Shown: in pieces, positions 29,405-39,234 of the stretch | Layout: every line of letters starts with the position of its first letter | How positions within the stretch are numbered: the stretch's first letter is position 1 | Assembly (NCBI RefSeq): GCF_019247615.1 | Contig: NZ_JAFBAT010000269.1 | Coordinates: forward strand, 5,587-69,586 | Origin: Mycobacterium sp. | GTDB taxonomy: Bacteria > Actinomycetota > Actinomycetes > Mycobacteriales > Mycobacteriaceae | Length of the DNA stretch: 64,000 nt | Reading direction: 5' to 3' | The notes under the pieces: model-generated | Seen by the model: only the letters and a program-made list of their open reading frames with translations | Database searches by the model: none | What the model was told of the DNA's origin: nothing | Position numbers and translations under genes: made by a program

Positions 29405-30343
29405 CTAGCCGCGGCTGATGGGCCGGGCAGTCGCCAGGGCCGCCAGCTTGTCGGGGTTGCGCATCACGTAGAAGTTGGTGATCTTGTCGTCCGCGATCTC
29501 CAGCGTGATCACCCCCTCGAGCTGTTCGCCGAGGTACAGCAGCACCGCCGGAGCGCTGTTGCAGGTCACCATTTCGACGCGCAGAGCGGCCCCGGCTCTG
29601 CGGACCAGCCCGGTGATTGCCCTGGCGACGCGCTCGGCGCCCACAACGGGTCTGCGGGCGGCGCTCACGAAGCCGCCGCTGTCGGCCGTCCAGGTGGCGT
29701 CCGGGGCCAGCATCGTCATCAGCGCCTCCACGTCGCCGGTGGCCGCCGTGGCCAAGAACTGAGCGGTGATTTCCGCGTTGCGTTCCGGGTTGACCGCGTC
29801 GAAACGCTTACGCCGCGCCCGTACGTGTTCGCGGGCCCGGTGCGCAATCTGCCGCACGGTCGCCGCCGGTTTGCCCACCGCCTCCGCGATTTCGCCGTAG
29901 TCGAAACCGAACACCTCTCTGAGCACGAAAACCGCCCGTTCGTCGGGACCGAGTGTTTCGAGCAGAACCAGCATCGCCATCGAAACCGATTCGGCTAGAA
30001 CGACATCCGACGACGGGTCGCGATCGTCGAGCAGCAGCGGCTCGGGCAGCCATGGCCCCACGTACTCCTCGCGGCGGCGGGCGTCCGCCCGCAGCGCGTT
30101 GAGCGCCTGGCGGGTGACCAGCTGCGCCAGATACGACTTCGTGTCGCGCACGCCCGCCAAGTCGACGGCGGCCCACCGCAGATAGCTGTCCTGCAACACG
30201 TCATCGGCCTCGGTTGCCGAGCCGAGGATTTCGTACGCGATGGTGAACAGCAACGGCCGCAGCAGCGTGAACCGCTCGGCGTGCTCCCAGTCGTCCGACG
30301 TCATCCGTCCCGGGGTCCGTCCTGGGTTCTGTCCTGGGGTCAT
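29405..30343 (-). CDS. ECF sigma factor, group ECF41 (SigJ-like) with fused SnoaL/NTF2-like C-terminal domain
   Basis: Sigma-2 (LLRPLLFTIAYEILGSATEADDVLQDSYLRW), WLPEP linker motif (GPWLPEPLL), sigma-4 (DERAVFVLREVFGFDYGEIAEAVGKPAATVRQIAHRAR), and a C-terminal extension with DSGG and NPDKL motifs. The start ATG overlaps the upstream stop (ATGA at 30340-30343). Confidence 0.85.
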   Translation of the reverse strand: MTPGQNPGRTPGRMTSDDWEHAERFTLLRPLLFTIAYEILGSATEADDVLQDSYLRWAAVDLAGVRDTKSYLAQLVTRQALNALRADARRREEYVGPWLPEPLLLDDRDPSSDVVLAESVSMAMLVLLETLGPDERAVFVLREVFGFDYGEIAEAVGKPAATVRQIAHRAREHVRARRKRFDAVNPERNAEITAQFLATAATGDVEALMTMLAPDATWTADSGGFVSAARRPVVGAERVARAITGLVRRAGAALRVEMVTCNSAPAVLLYLGEQLEGVITLEIADDKITNFYVMRNPDKLAALATARPISRG

Positions 30344-31527
30344 GGCAGCGCGACCTGCTGGTCGATCGGCGACTGCGCTGGCCGTGCGCCCCCTTTGAGC
30401 CAGAAGTACGAACCGGGCTTGGCCGCCTCTCGCCGGATGCTCCATAGCGTGCCCTTGCAGACCGCTTCCTTGATGGCAGCCGCGAACCGGCCCCCGATGG
30501 CGACATTGACGGGGGTGTCATCGGTGCGGGCGAGCTGAAGGGCGGCGTGCGAGCGGCCCAGGCTGATGCACTGTCCGACGAAAGCCTGGTTCAGCGCGGC
30601 GGGCTCTCTGCCAGCGATGCGGCTGAGCACCGTGTTGGCGGCCTGGGCGCCCAGCGGGCCGGCCGCTTGGCAGCTCATCCGCAACGGGTGTCCCGACGGT
30701 GCGGCGGCGTCGCCCGCTGCGACGATGCGCTGGTCGTCGATGCTGGTCAGCGTTTCGTCGGTGAGCAGCCGCCCCAGGTCGTCGGTGCGAAGCCCGCTGC
30801 GCGCGGCCAGATCCGGCACACCGAACCCCGCCGTCCATATCGTCGCCGCGCTCGGCAGGACGGCGCCGTCACTGAGCACCACCGCGTCCCAGCGCACCTC
30901 GGTGGCGGCGACCGATTGCAACACGTCGACTTCAAGGCTGCGCAGTTGCTTGGCCACCGAACGCCGGCCGCGTTCGCTCAGCGACGGGCCAAGGATTCCG
31001 CCGCAGACCAGGCTGACCCGACGTCCCTGCTCGGCGAGCTCGGAAGCGGTTTCGATACCCGTCAGCCCGCCACCGACCACGGTGATGGGCGCGGACGACG
31101 GCAAGTCCGCGAGCGCATAGCGCAGCCGTTGCGCGCTCTCGAAATCCGCTATCTCATAGGCGAATTCGGCCGCGCCGGGCACGGTCAGCGGCGTGCCGCC
31201 GGTACTACCGACGGCATAGATGAGGTAGTCGTAGTCCAGCTCCGCGCCCGTTTGCAGCACCACCGCGCGGCGGGAGGTCTCGATGCGTTCGACGGTGTCG
31301 ACGATCAGCCGGATGCCATCCGCGAGCAGCGTGCCGTAGTCAGCCGTCGCGCCGGCGGTGTCGGCGACCAGCTGGTGCAGGCGGATCCGCTCGACGAAGG
31401 CCGGACGCGGATTGATCAGGCTGACGTCGACGTCGACGCGCTGCCGCAAACGGTTGGCGGCCAGGGTTCCGGCGTATCCGCCGCCGGCGACGACGACATG
31501 AGTTCTCGGGGTGGCCATCTCCGTCAT
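30340..31527 (-). CDS. FAD/NAD(P)-dependent pyridine nucleotide-disulfide oxidoreductase (NDH-2-like)
   Basis: HVVVAGGGYAGTLAA and ITVVGGGLTGIETASEL dinucleotide folds; AAGDAA motif; translationally coupled to the ECF41 gene. Confidence 0.85.
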   Translation of the reverse strand: MTEMATPRTHVVVAGGGYAGTLAANRLRQRVDVDVSLINPRPAFVERIRLHQLVADTAGATADYGTLLADGIRLIVDTVERIETSRRAVVLQTGAELDYDYLIYAVGSTGGTPLTVPGAAEFAYEIADFESAQRLRYALADLPSSAPITVVGGGLTGIETASELAEQGRRVSLVCGGILGPSLSERGRRSVAKQLRSLEVDVLQSVAATEVRWDAVVLSDGAVLPSAATIWTAGFGVPDLAARSGLRTDDLGRLLTDETLTSIDDQRIVAAGDAAAPSGHPLRMSCQAAGPLGAQAANTVLSRIAGREPAALNQAFVGQCISLGRSHAALQLARTDDTPVNVAIGGRFAAAIKEAVCKGTLWSIRREAAKPGSYFWLKGGARPAQSPIDQQVALP

Positions 31528-31563
31528 AGCTGTCTCCTAATCTCACGGGGTTTGTGCCCCTGA

Positions 31564-31590
31564 GACACCGCAGGAGGGCCCGGCGTGACA
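31564..31590 (-). promoter_or_regulatory. candidate ECF41-type promoter (TGTCACG-N16-TGTC)
   Basis: The minus strand reads TGTCACG (31590-31584), a 16-nt spacer, then TGTC (31567-31564). It lies about 37 nt upstream of the oxidoreductase ATG, with AGGAGA as SD. The recalled ECF41 consensus is TGTCACA-N16-CGTC. Confidence 0.4.
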
Positions 31591-31645
31591 GCCGGCGCGG
31601 CCATTGTGAGCCGTTTCACTGCGGACCGACGATGGCGCCCAGTAT

Positions 31646-33661
31646 GTGGCGTGGCGCGAGGGCCGCTCATGTTACGCTTCATTAACCGTTCGTGCTGTTC
31701 CCGAGCGGATGTCGCAACCTATGAGGCCTCGTCAACCCGCGACCGCATGCATTGCGAGAAGGTCAACCACCAGCCGGGAAATGCGCCCCATACCGGAGGA
31801 GCCCGTGCCGCGCAGCCTCGTCACCTCCGTCGCCACTCAGCTGATGCGGGCCACCGCTTCCACCGCGACCCAGGTGAGTGAACAGGTGCTCGCGCAACTG
31901 GTCGAGAAGTTCGATTTGGACGCCGCTTTCCTGCGCCACCACGACCACAGCATGCGGGCCTCGGTTTTGGTTGCCGAGTGGCCGCCGCGCACCGACGTTC
32001 CGGACCCCGATCCCATGGCCGTCGTGCACTTCACCAGCGCCGACCCCGTCCTGGCCCAGTGCGAACACGGCAAGAAACCGGTCGTGATTCAGCCGGAGCC
32101 GACCAATCGCGCTTTGCAGCGCTGGTTCGGGGGCACCAAGCCGGCCCCCGCGTCCGCGGTTGCCGCCGCTCCACTCGTCTCGGGCGAGACGACCACCGGG
32201 GTGCTGGGGATGGTCAAGCACGGCGCACGGAAGTGGAAACAGGACGAGATCAATACGCTGGAAGCCGTCGCCGCTCTCTTCGCACAGCTGCAGGGCCGCA
32301 TCGCGGCCGAGGAAAAACTTCGTTACCTTGCCGAGCACGACGATCTGACCGGCCTCTACAACCGCCGGGCGCTGGTCGCGCACCTTGCCGAACGGCTCGC
32401 CGCGGGAAGCCCGGGACCCGTCGCGGTCCTGTATCTCGACCTGGATCGGCTCAAGCCCATCAACGATTACCTGGGCCATACGGCGGGTGACTGGTTCATC
32501 AGGGTTTTCGCGCAACGCATTCGGACCTGCGTGGGCGATCAGAGCATGATCGCGCGGCTAGGGGGCGACGAGTTCGTCGTCATTCCTGACACGCCGATGT
32601 CAACGGCGACGGCGGAGTCGTTCGCTCGCCGACTGGGGGCGATGCTGCGCGAGCGGTTGGCCATCGGCGGCCACATGATTACCCGCACCGTCAGCATCGG
32701 CCTCGCAGTGGGCATCCCGGGGCGGGACAACAGCACCGATCTATTGCGCCGCGCCGACGAGGCCGTGCTGACGGCCAAGCGCGGCGGCGGGAACCAAGTT
32801 GCGTTGTCCACCGACGACATGGCGTTGCAAAGCGCCTTCCGCAACGACATCGAGCTGCACCTGCAGGGTGATATCGACAACGAAGCGTTGCTGCTGCACT
32901 ATCTGCCCGAGGTCGACCTGAGGACCGGTGCCATCGTGGCGGCCGAGGCACTGGTCCGCTGGCGGCATCCGATCTGGGGTCTGCTGTTGCCGGATTCCTT
33001 TATCGGGGTAGCCGAATCGAGTAACCTGGCCGGAACACTGGGCCGGTGGGTGATGCGAACCGCATGCGCCGAATTCAGCCGGTGGCGCGCAAAAGGGGTG
33101 GGGCAGAGCGCCATCTTGCGCATCAACGTATCGCCCGTGCAGCTCATCACGCGCGGTTTCGTTCGCAGCGTCGCCGAAACCATCGAGGAGTTCGGCATCG
33201 ACGGCGGCTCGGTATGCCTGGAGATCACCGAGCGGGCCGTGGTTCATGACATCGAGACGACGCGCAAAACCCTCGCGGACCTCAAGGAGGTCGGGGTTCA
33301 GATCGCCATCGATGACTTCGGCACGGGCTATGCCGTGCTGTCACACCTGAAGTCCCTGCCCGTCGACATGCTCAAGATCGATACCGGATTCGTGCGCGAC
33401 TTGGGCAACAGCGCCGGCGACCTGGCCATCGTCCGGGCGATCATCGGGCTTGCTGAGGCCTTCGGCCTCCAACTGGTCGCCGAGGGAGTCGAGACACCGG
33501 CTGCTGCAATGACTTTGATGCAGCACGGCTGCTACCGTGCGCAGGGATTCTTGTTGTCCCGGCCCGTCCCGGGCAGTGTGATGGAAGCGTTGCTGGCCGC
33601 GCGCTGGTTGCCGATGGAGTTCCTTGCCGATCGCGACGCCCTATCGTTAGGCGCGATCTAA
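31646..33661 (+). CDS. bifunctional GAF-GGDEF-EAL c-di-GMP turnover protein
   Basis: DDLTGLYNRRAL..LYLDLDRLKPINDYLGHTAGD..ARLGGDEFVVI (GGDEF); AAEALVRWRHP..INVSPVQL..LEITE..DDFGTGYA..LKID..AEGVET..QGF (EAL); GAF-like N-terminus. The true start is probably an internal Met (for example 31781). Confidence 0.9.
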   Translation: MAWREGRSCYASLTVRAVPERMSQPMRPRQPATACIARRSTTSREMRPIPEEPVPRSLVTSVATQLMRATASTATQVSEQVLAQLVEKFDLDAAFLRHHDHSMRASVLVAEWPPRTDVPDPDPMAVVHFTSADPVLAQCEHGKKPVVIQPEPTNRALQRWFGGTKPAPASAVAAAPLVSGETTTGVLGMVKHGARKWKQDEINTLEAVAALFAQLQGRIAAEEKLRYLAEHDDLTGLYNRRALVAHLAERLAAGSPGPVAVLYLDLDRLKPINDYLGHTAGDWFIRVFAQRIRTCVGDQSMIARLGGDEFVVIPDTPMSTATAESFARRLGAMLRERLAIGGHMITRTVSIGLAVGIPGRDNSTDLLRRADEAVLTAKRGGGNQVALSTDDMALQSAFRNDIELHLQGDIDNEALLLHYLPEVDLRTGAIVAAEALVRWRHPIWGLLLPDSFIGVAESSNLAGTLGRWVMRTACAEFSRWRAKGVGQSAILRINVSPVQLITRGFVRSVAETIEEFGIDGGSVCLEITERAVVHDIETTRKTLADLKEVGVQIAIDDFGTGYAVLSHLKSLPVDMLKIDTGFVRDLGNSAGDLAIVRAIIGLAEAFGLQLVAEGVETPAAAMTLMQHGCYRAQGFLLSRPVPGSVMEALLAARWLPMEFLADRDALSLGAI

Positions 33662-33666
33662 CCCCG

Positions 33667-35340
33667 GTGACGATGTTTCGCTTATCGAAAAGGGGTGTGT
33701 GCCCCTTGGTGTCGACTCTGTTGTGCGTGGCGCTGGTGTCAAACGGATGTGGTGGCCATGCCAACTCGGGGCCGCTGTCCGCCATGGTCTTCCCGGCCAT
33801 ACCACCTGCGGTTCAGGAGATCTCCAACCCGCTGCGGGGCCAGTACGAGAAGCTGTTGAATCCCCTTTTCCCGCAGGGCAATCCGGCCCAACAGCGTTAT
33901 GCGGCATGGCCGGCGTCATATGACGCCAGCATGCGTGTCTCGTGGCGACAGTTGCAGCCCACCGATCCTCGAACCCTGCCGCCCAACGCTCCCGACGATC
34001 GCAAATTCGATTTCAGCTTGATCGATGACGCTCTGACGAAACTCGGGAACCGCAACATGCGGTTGATCCTCGGCGTGTATGCCTACAAGTCCTGCTGCAA
34101 CGATTCCTATCCAGACAACAGGGATATCGCGATTCCCGAGTGGATGCGGCCTGCTGCCACCGACTTTCCTGCGCAGCCGAACAGCCCCACGCCCGGGGTC
34201 ACGCACGTGGTGCCGAACTGGAACGACCCAGGTTACCTCGAAGCGTTCGGGCAACTGCTCGCCGCGCTCGGTCGTCGATACGACGGCGACGAACGGCTCA
34301 GCGTTTTTGAGTTCTCGGGCTACGGCGATTTTGGTGAGAACTCCCTCGCCTATTTGCGTGACGCGTTGGGCGCTCCGGGCGCGGCGGCCGACGACAGCCG
34401 GCAGGCTTTGGGGTACTACAGCCAGTTCCGAGATCAAAGCATCACCGCGGCCTCCATCCGGCAGCTCGTCGCGGCGAATGTAAGTGCTTTCCCCCATACG
34501 CAATTGGTGGTCGCACCGCAGAACCCGGAGATCGTCCGCGTGCTGTTCGCCGACGACGTGACCAAGAAGCTTTCCGCGCCGGTGGGCATCCGGTCGGACT
34601 GTCTTGGCGTGCGTAGCCCGTTGCCGGAATGGGCCGAATCCAGCTCTTCTCATTACGTGCAGATCAACGACGTGGTCGTCAACGCGATCAAACAGCGACT
34701 GGCCTCGGCACCGGTGATCACCGAATGGTGCCGGCTGCCAGATGGGGCCGATCGCCGGTCCTACTACGAAAAGGCCCTGCATGATGTTGTCAGGTACCAC
34801 GTTTCGATGACGTCGAGCGGCGACTTCCCGGATCGCGACTCGACGTCGGCGATGGATTCCACGCTGTATCTCTTGTGGGCACAAACCAATACCTCTGCCG
34901 GCTACCGGTATTCGGTCGAAGCGCGTCAGGATTCGCAGTCGCTGCGGGACAAGGTGGCGACCATCTCCGTCGTGTGGACCAACTACGGCTCAGCGGCGGC
35001 TACCGAGCAATGGTCCGCAGGATACAAGCTGGTGGACTTCTCGGGGGCGGTGATTCGGAGCCTTCCGGCGACGTTGGACCTCAAGACGCTCGTGCACGAC
35101 GACTCAAGCCAGTCACGTGAGGAGGCGGTCCCGGCCTCGGCGACAGACTCGGTTCGCATTGACCTGACGGGCTTGGTCCCGGGCCACTACACCCTGCGCG
35201 CTTCGGTGGACTGGCAACAGCACAAGCCGGGCGCGTCGCACGTGGTGAACTATGCCCCGATGGCGTTGGCCCGCGACGGGCGCGACGACGGCGGGCTGTA
35301 TTCCATTGCCACCCTCGACGTGCCGCGGGACTCGACGTGA
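33667..35340 (+). CDS. conserved lipoprotein of unknown function (Rv1006-like)
   Basis: Lipobox LVSNGC after a signal peptide; 557 aa; same position as recalled Rv1006, between pabB and metS. Confidence 0.75.
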   Translation: MTMFRLSKRGVCPLVSTLLCVALVSNGCGGHANSGPLSAMVFPAIPPAVQEISNPLRGQYEKLLNPLFPQGNPAQQRYAAWPASYDASMRVSWRQLQPTDPRTLPPNAPDDRKFDFSLIDDALTKLGNRNMRLILGVYAYKSCCNDSYPDNRDIAIPEWMRPAATDFPAQPNSPTPGVTHVVPNWNDPGYLEAFGQLLAALGRRYDGDERLSVFEFSGYGDFGENSLAYLRDALGAPGAAADDSRQALGYYSQFRDQSITAASIRQLVAANVSAFPHTQLVVAPQNPEIVRVLFADDVTKKLSAPVGIRSDCLGVRSPLPEWAESSSSHYVQINDVVVNAIKQRLASAPVITEWCRLPDGADRRSYYEKALHDVVRYHVSMTSSGDFPDRDSTSAMDSTLYLLWAQTNTSAGYRYSVEARQDSQSLRDKVATISVVWTNYGSAAATEQWSAGYKLVDFSGAVIRSLPATLDLKTLVHDDSSQSREEAVPASATDSVRIDLTGLVPGHYTLRASVDWQQHKPGASHVVNYAPMALARDGRDDGGLYSIATLDVPRDST

Positions 35341-35599
35341 ATGAAGGGTCATACCGACGGCAAGCCGGGAAATCGCGATGGGTTCGGCCGAGCGACAGAT
35401 TTTCTCATTTGCCGTCCCGACCTGCGGCGTTGACCGGCGCGCGTCGCCGACATGCTGCTAACCTCATAGGCGCGCCAGATGGCCGCCCGAGTCATGTCGT
35501 CGAGCGCTGGCTCTGGAACGCTGACGAACCGAGGTGTGTTGCGCTGCCGAACAAAAGCACTGTGAACGCGCAGGCGCCCGAGCCCGCTGACGAGGCCCG

Positions 35600-36277
35600 A
35601 TGACGACCCACCCGCCCGACGGACGCGCGGACGTCACGCGGCGCCATATCCTGCGGGCCGCCTGCAATCAGTTCGCTCGTCGGGCCTACCACGACGTCGG
35701 ACTCGACGACATCCTCACGGAAGCGGAGCTGACGAAGGGCGCGATGTACTTCCACTTCCGTTCGAAGCGTGCGTTGGCGGTCGCGATCATCGAACGCGAG
35801 ATCGCCGCGGGCAGCGTCGCGGTGGACGAATTGCTCGCGCGCGGGCTCTCCGGCTTGGAAACGCTTATCGACTATTCCTATCTGGTCGCTGTCGGGGACA
35901 TCAAGACCGACGGTATCCGGGCAGGACTGAACCTGCTCGAGTCGGTCGGTCGCTCGGAAGGGCTGCAGAAGCGGCTGTTGGATCACTGGGTCAAAGCCCT
36001 GGCCACAGTGGTCGAGCAGGCCATCGCCGAAGGCGACATCAGCCCCCAGTGCGAACCGCACGATGTGGCACGCTTGATGGTGTCCTTGCACATGGGGCTG
36101 CGGCAAACCAGTAATTTGGACGAACCGGAGCGGTTCCTCTGCGATCTCGAAAACTGCTGGGTTCTGCTGCTGAACGGCATCTTGGAACACGACCGCACGG
36201 GGTATTTCCGCCAATTTCTCAGGCGGCGTTCGGCACTCGCCATCGCAGGCGGCGCTGCGGGAGCGGGCTCCGACTGA
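35600..36277 (+). CDS. TetR/AcrR family transcriptional regulator
   Basis: HILRAACNQFARRAYHDVGLDDILTEAELTKGAMYFHFRSKRALAVAII: TetR HTH. Confidence 0.85.
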   Translation: MTTHPPDGRADVTRRHILRAACNQFARRAYHDVGLDDILTEAELTKGAMYFHFRSKRALAVAIIEREIAAGSVAVDELLARGLSGLETLIDYSYLVAVGDIKTDGIRAGLNLLESVGRSEGLQKRLLDHWVKALATVVEQAIAEGDISPQCEPHDVARLMVSLHMGLRQTSNLDEPERFLCDLENCWVLLLNGILEHDRTGYFRQFLRRRSALAIAGGAAGAGSD

Positions 36278-36418
36278 TATGACCGGCAGGTCGCACGCCC
36301 ACGACGGCGCGGCGCGCTGTTAGGCTTGTCACGCTGGCTGGTCCACCGGCCGGACGATACGAAGACGCCGAAAACCGGAGTCTAAGCACATCGACGGAAC
36401 TCCGGAGGTGTAGACACC

Positions 36419-37156
36419 ATGGCGCGCCAGGTTCGATCAGAAGCCACCCGCCGGAAAATCCTCGACGCTGCCATCGACGTGTTCAGCGAAGTCGGTTACG
36501 CGGCAGCCGGGTGGAACACGATCATCGAGCGGACCGGAATGACCAAGGGCGCGCTCTACCACCACTTCGACTCGAAGGAGTCCCTGGCGTCGGCGATCAT
36601 CGAGGAGGGTTCCGACGCGATCTTGGACGCGTTCCGCAACGTGTGCGGATCCTCCTCGCCGGCGCTGGAGAACATGATCCACGGAACGTTCAGGATCCTC
36701 GATGTGCTCAGCTCCGACAAAACGGCCCGCGGTGCGGTGCAATTGACCGCCGCGTTGAACGGATTCAACCGAGCGGCCGCGAACTTTTGTGCGACCTTGA
36801 TCGAGCTCATGGCGTCCCAGGCCCGGCGCGCAGGCGCTGAAGGGGACGTGCGCGCGGATCTCGACCCCGTAGTCGTCAGTGAGTCGATCGTGGCCGCAGT
36901 GTTCGGAACTCTATTGCTGCGCAACGCGATAGCGGCCGAGGGCCTCGCGGAGCTCCGTGACGGTGGCCGGGCCAGGGGCGTCAACGGGGGTTCTTCCGGC
37001 GCCACGAGTCAACACTGGGAACTCGTGCTGGGCGGGATCGGGACGGAGGGGTCGCTGCCCTATTTCCGCGAGTTTCTTGCGCGCGAGGCACTGCGCCATT
37101 CCCCTCCCGCCGCGCCGTCTGCCGGCGATGATGTGCCGATGCCGAAGGTCGTCTAG
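36419..37156 (+). CDS. TetR/AcrR family transcriptional regulator
   Basis: RRKILDAAIDVFSEVGYAAAGWNTIIERTGMTKGALYHHFDSKESLASAII: TetR HTH. Confidence 0.85.
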   Translation: MARQVRSEATRRKILDAAIDVFSEVGYAAAGWNTIIERTGMTKGALYHHFDSKESLASAIIEEGSDAILDAFRNVCGSSSPALENMIHGTFRILDVLSSDKTARGAVQLTAALNGFNRAAANFCATLIELMASQARRAGAEGDVRADLDPVVVSESIVAAVFGTLLLRNAIAAEGLAELRDGGRARGVNGGSSGATSQHWELVLGGIGTEGSLPYFREFLAREALRHSPPAAPSAGDDVPMPKVV

Positions 37157-37170
37157 CACGAGGGCACGCT

Positions 37171-37569
37171 TTAAGGCTCTTCCTCCCACAACTGCTTGGT
37201 CAGATCCTGGAAGGCCGCGAGGGCGAATTGATCGTCCGCGCGCATGACCGCGGACTTGCTCATCAAGGCCCGCACGACCGAGCCGTCCTTGTGAGCCAAC
37301 TCGACCACCATGTTCGCGAGGGCGTGAACGACCGAGAGCAGCGATTCCGACTCCGGAGCCTGATGGAAGATCTCCTGGAACCGCAGGGACATGACCTCTT
37401 CGGGCTCGAACCCCAACATGTCGGCGAATGCGGAGTTGGTAAACAAGATGCTGCCGTCCTGCCCGATGGCCAGCACCGGAACCGGAATCCGCTCGAGGAC
37501 GACCAGTGCGGGCAACTGCTTGAGGGTCGTCATCGGCGATTGGCTGTGAGTGTTACGTCGTCGCTCCAC
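37171..37569 (-). CDS. stand-alone PAS-domain protein
   Basis: VLERIPVPVLAIGQDGSILFTNSAFADMLGFEPEEVMSLRFQEIF..HKDGSVV: PAS fold pattern; the start may be the internal Met at 37533. Confidence 0.75.
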   Translation of the reverse strand: MERRRNTHSQSPMTTLKQLPALVVLERIPVPVLAIGQDGSILFTNSAFADMLGFEPEEVMSLRFQEIFHQAPESESLLSVVHALANMVVELAHKDGSVVRALMSKSAVMRADDQFALAAFQDLTKQLWEEEP

Positions 37570-37634
37570 AGGGGCGATTATCGCCCACGAGTGGATGGTT
37601 CAGAAGCTTTTGTCGAGCGCGCCCAGATCGCGGC

Positions 37635-39197
37635 TCAAAGCGTCTCACTCTCGGCAGCAGGAGCCTGGTATCGCGGGAAAACCCCGGTGGGCGCCGGCAG
37701 CGGCGTACCGGGGCAAAGCCGCGCGGTGACGGCGGCGAACGTGCGCTCGGACTCGGGCTGCCCGAGTAGATCGAGCAGTTTGCCGGCCGACTCGGGCATG
37801 ACCGGCTGCACCAGCAGCGCCGCGACGCGGACCACCTCGCAGGTGGTGTAAAGCACGGTGCGAAACCTCTCCTGGTCGGGCTGCGCCTCGCTCTTGCGCA
37901 ACACCCATGGTTGCTGGGCGGAGAAGTATTTGTTCGCCTCCCCAAGCATCAACCAGATCGCCTCGAGCGCCAAATGCATTGCCTGAGCGTCGAAATGCGC
38001 GCGCACGCGGGCCATCAGGGCGTCGGCCGCAGATAACAGTTCGTTGTCGGCCGCGGTGAAGTCGCCGGGTTCGGGCACCACCCCGCCGAGGTTCTTGGCG
38101 ACCATCGACAGCGAGCGTTGGGCCAGGTTCCCCAGTTCGTTGGCCAGGTCGGTGTTGATCCGGGTGATGATCGCCTCTTCGCTGTAGCTGCCGTCCTGGC
38201 CGAACGGGACTTCCCGCAGCAGGAAGTAGCGCACCTGATCGAGGCCGAACGTGTCGACCAGAGCATCCGGGGCCACGACGTTGCCCACCGACTTACTCAT
38301 CTTCTCGCCTCGGTTGAGCAGAAACCCGTGCGCGAAAACCCTGCGCGGCAGCTCGATTCCCGCGGACATCAAAAACGCCGGCCAGTAGACCGCATGGAAC
38401 CTGATGATGTCCTTGCCGATCATGTGCAGATCGGCGGGCCAGTAGCGGCGGAACAACTCCGAACCGGTATCGGGGTAGCCCGCCCCGGTCAGGTAGTTGG
38501 TCAGCGCGTCGACCCACACGTACATGACGTGGTCGGGATGGTCGGGCACCTGCACACCCCAGTCGAACGACGTCCGCGAGATCGACAGGTCGCGCAGGCC
38601 GCCGGAGACGAAGCTGACCACTTCGTTGCGCCGTACTTCGGGGGCGATGAAGTCCGGATTGGCGGCGTAGTGGGCGAGCAACTTGTCGGAATACGCCGAT
38701 AGCCGGAAGAAGTAGGTCTGCTCCTCGGTCCAGGTCACCGGCGTTCCCGTTTCGACGGCGATCCGGGTGCCGTCGACCTCCGCGGTCTCCGACTCGACGA
38801 AGAACCGCTCATCCCGCACGGAGTACCAACCTGAATAGGTGTCCAGATAGATGTCGCCCGCGGCCGACATCCTTCGCCAGATCTCTTTGGACGCCTCATG
38901 GTGGTCGGCGTCGGTGGTCCGGATGAACCGGTCGAAGGAGATGTTCAGCCGCTGCTGCAGGCGTTGGAACACGTCGGAATTGCGGCGGGCCAGATCGGCA
39001 GTGGGCAACCCTTCGGCGGCGGCCGCCTGTGCGACCTTGAGGCCGTGCTCGTCGGTGCCGGTCAGGAAGCGCACGTCAAAGCCGTCGAGCCGCTTGAACC
39101 GCGCGATGGCGTCGGTGGCGATGTACTCGTACGCGTGCCCCAGGTGCGGCGCGGCGTTGGGGTAGGTGATCGCGGTGGTGACGTAGTACGGCCTCAT
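37635..39197 (-). CDS. metG: methionine--tRNA ligase
   Basis: [13 protein letters not shown] (HIGH-type motif) and KMSKSVGN (KMSKS motif); 520 aa. Confidence 0.95.
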   Translation of the reverse strand: MRPYYVTTAITYPNAAPHLGHAYEYIATDAIARFKRLDGFDVRFLTGTDEHGLKVAQAAAAEGLPTADLARRNSDVFQRLQQRLNISFDRFIRTTDADHHEASKEIWRRMSAAGDIYLDTYSGWYSVRDERFFVESETAEVDGTRIAVETGTPVTWTEEQTYFFRLSAYSDKLLAHYAANPDFIAPEVRRNEVVSFVSGGLRDLSISRTSFDWGVQVPDHPDHVMYVWVDALTNYLTGAGYPDTGSELFRRYWPADLHMIGKDIIRFHAVYWPAFLMSAGIELPRRVFAHGFLLNRGEKMSKSVGNVVAPDALVDTFGLDQVRYFLLREVPFGQDGSYSEEAIITRINTDLANELGNLAQRSLSMVAKNLGGVVPEPGDFTAADNELLSAADALMARVRAHFDAQAMHLALEAIWLMLGEANKYFSAQQPWVLRKSEAQPDQERFRTVLYTTCEVVRVAALLVQPVMPESAGKLLDLLGQPESERTFAAVTARLCPGTPLPAPTGVFPRYQAPAAESETL

Positions 39198-39234
39198 CGG
39201 GACTCACCCTATTGGGTGGCCCTATTGTCTGGCC

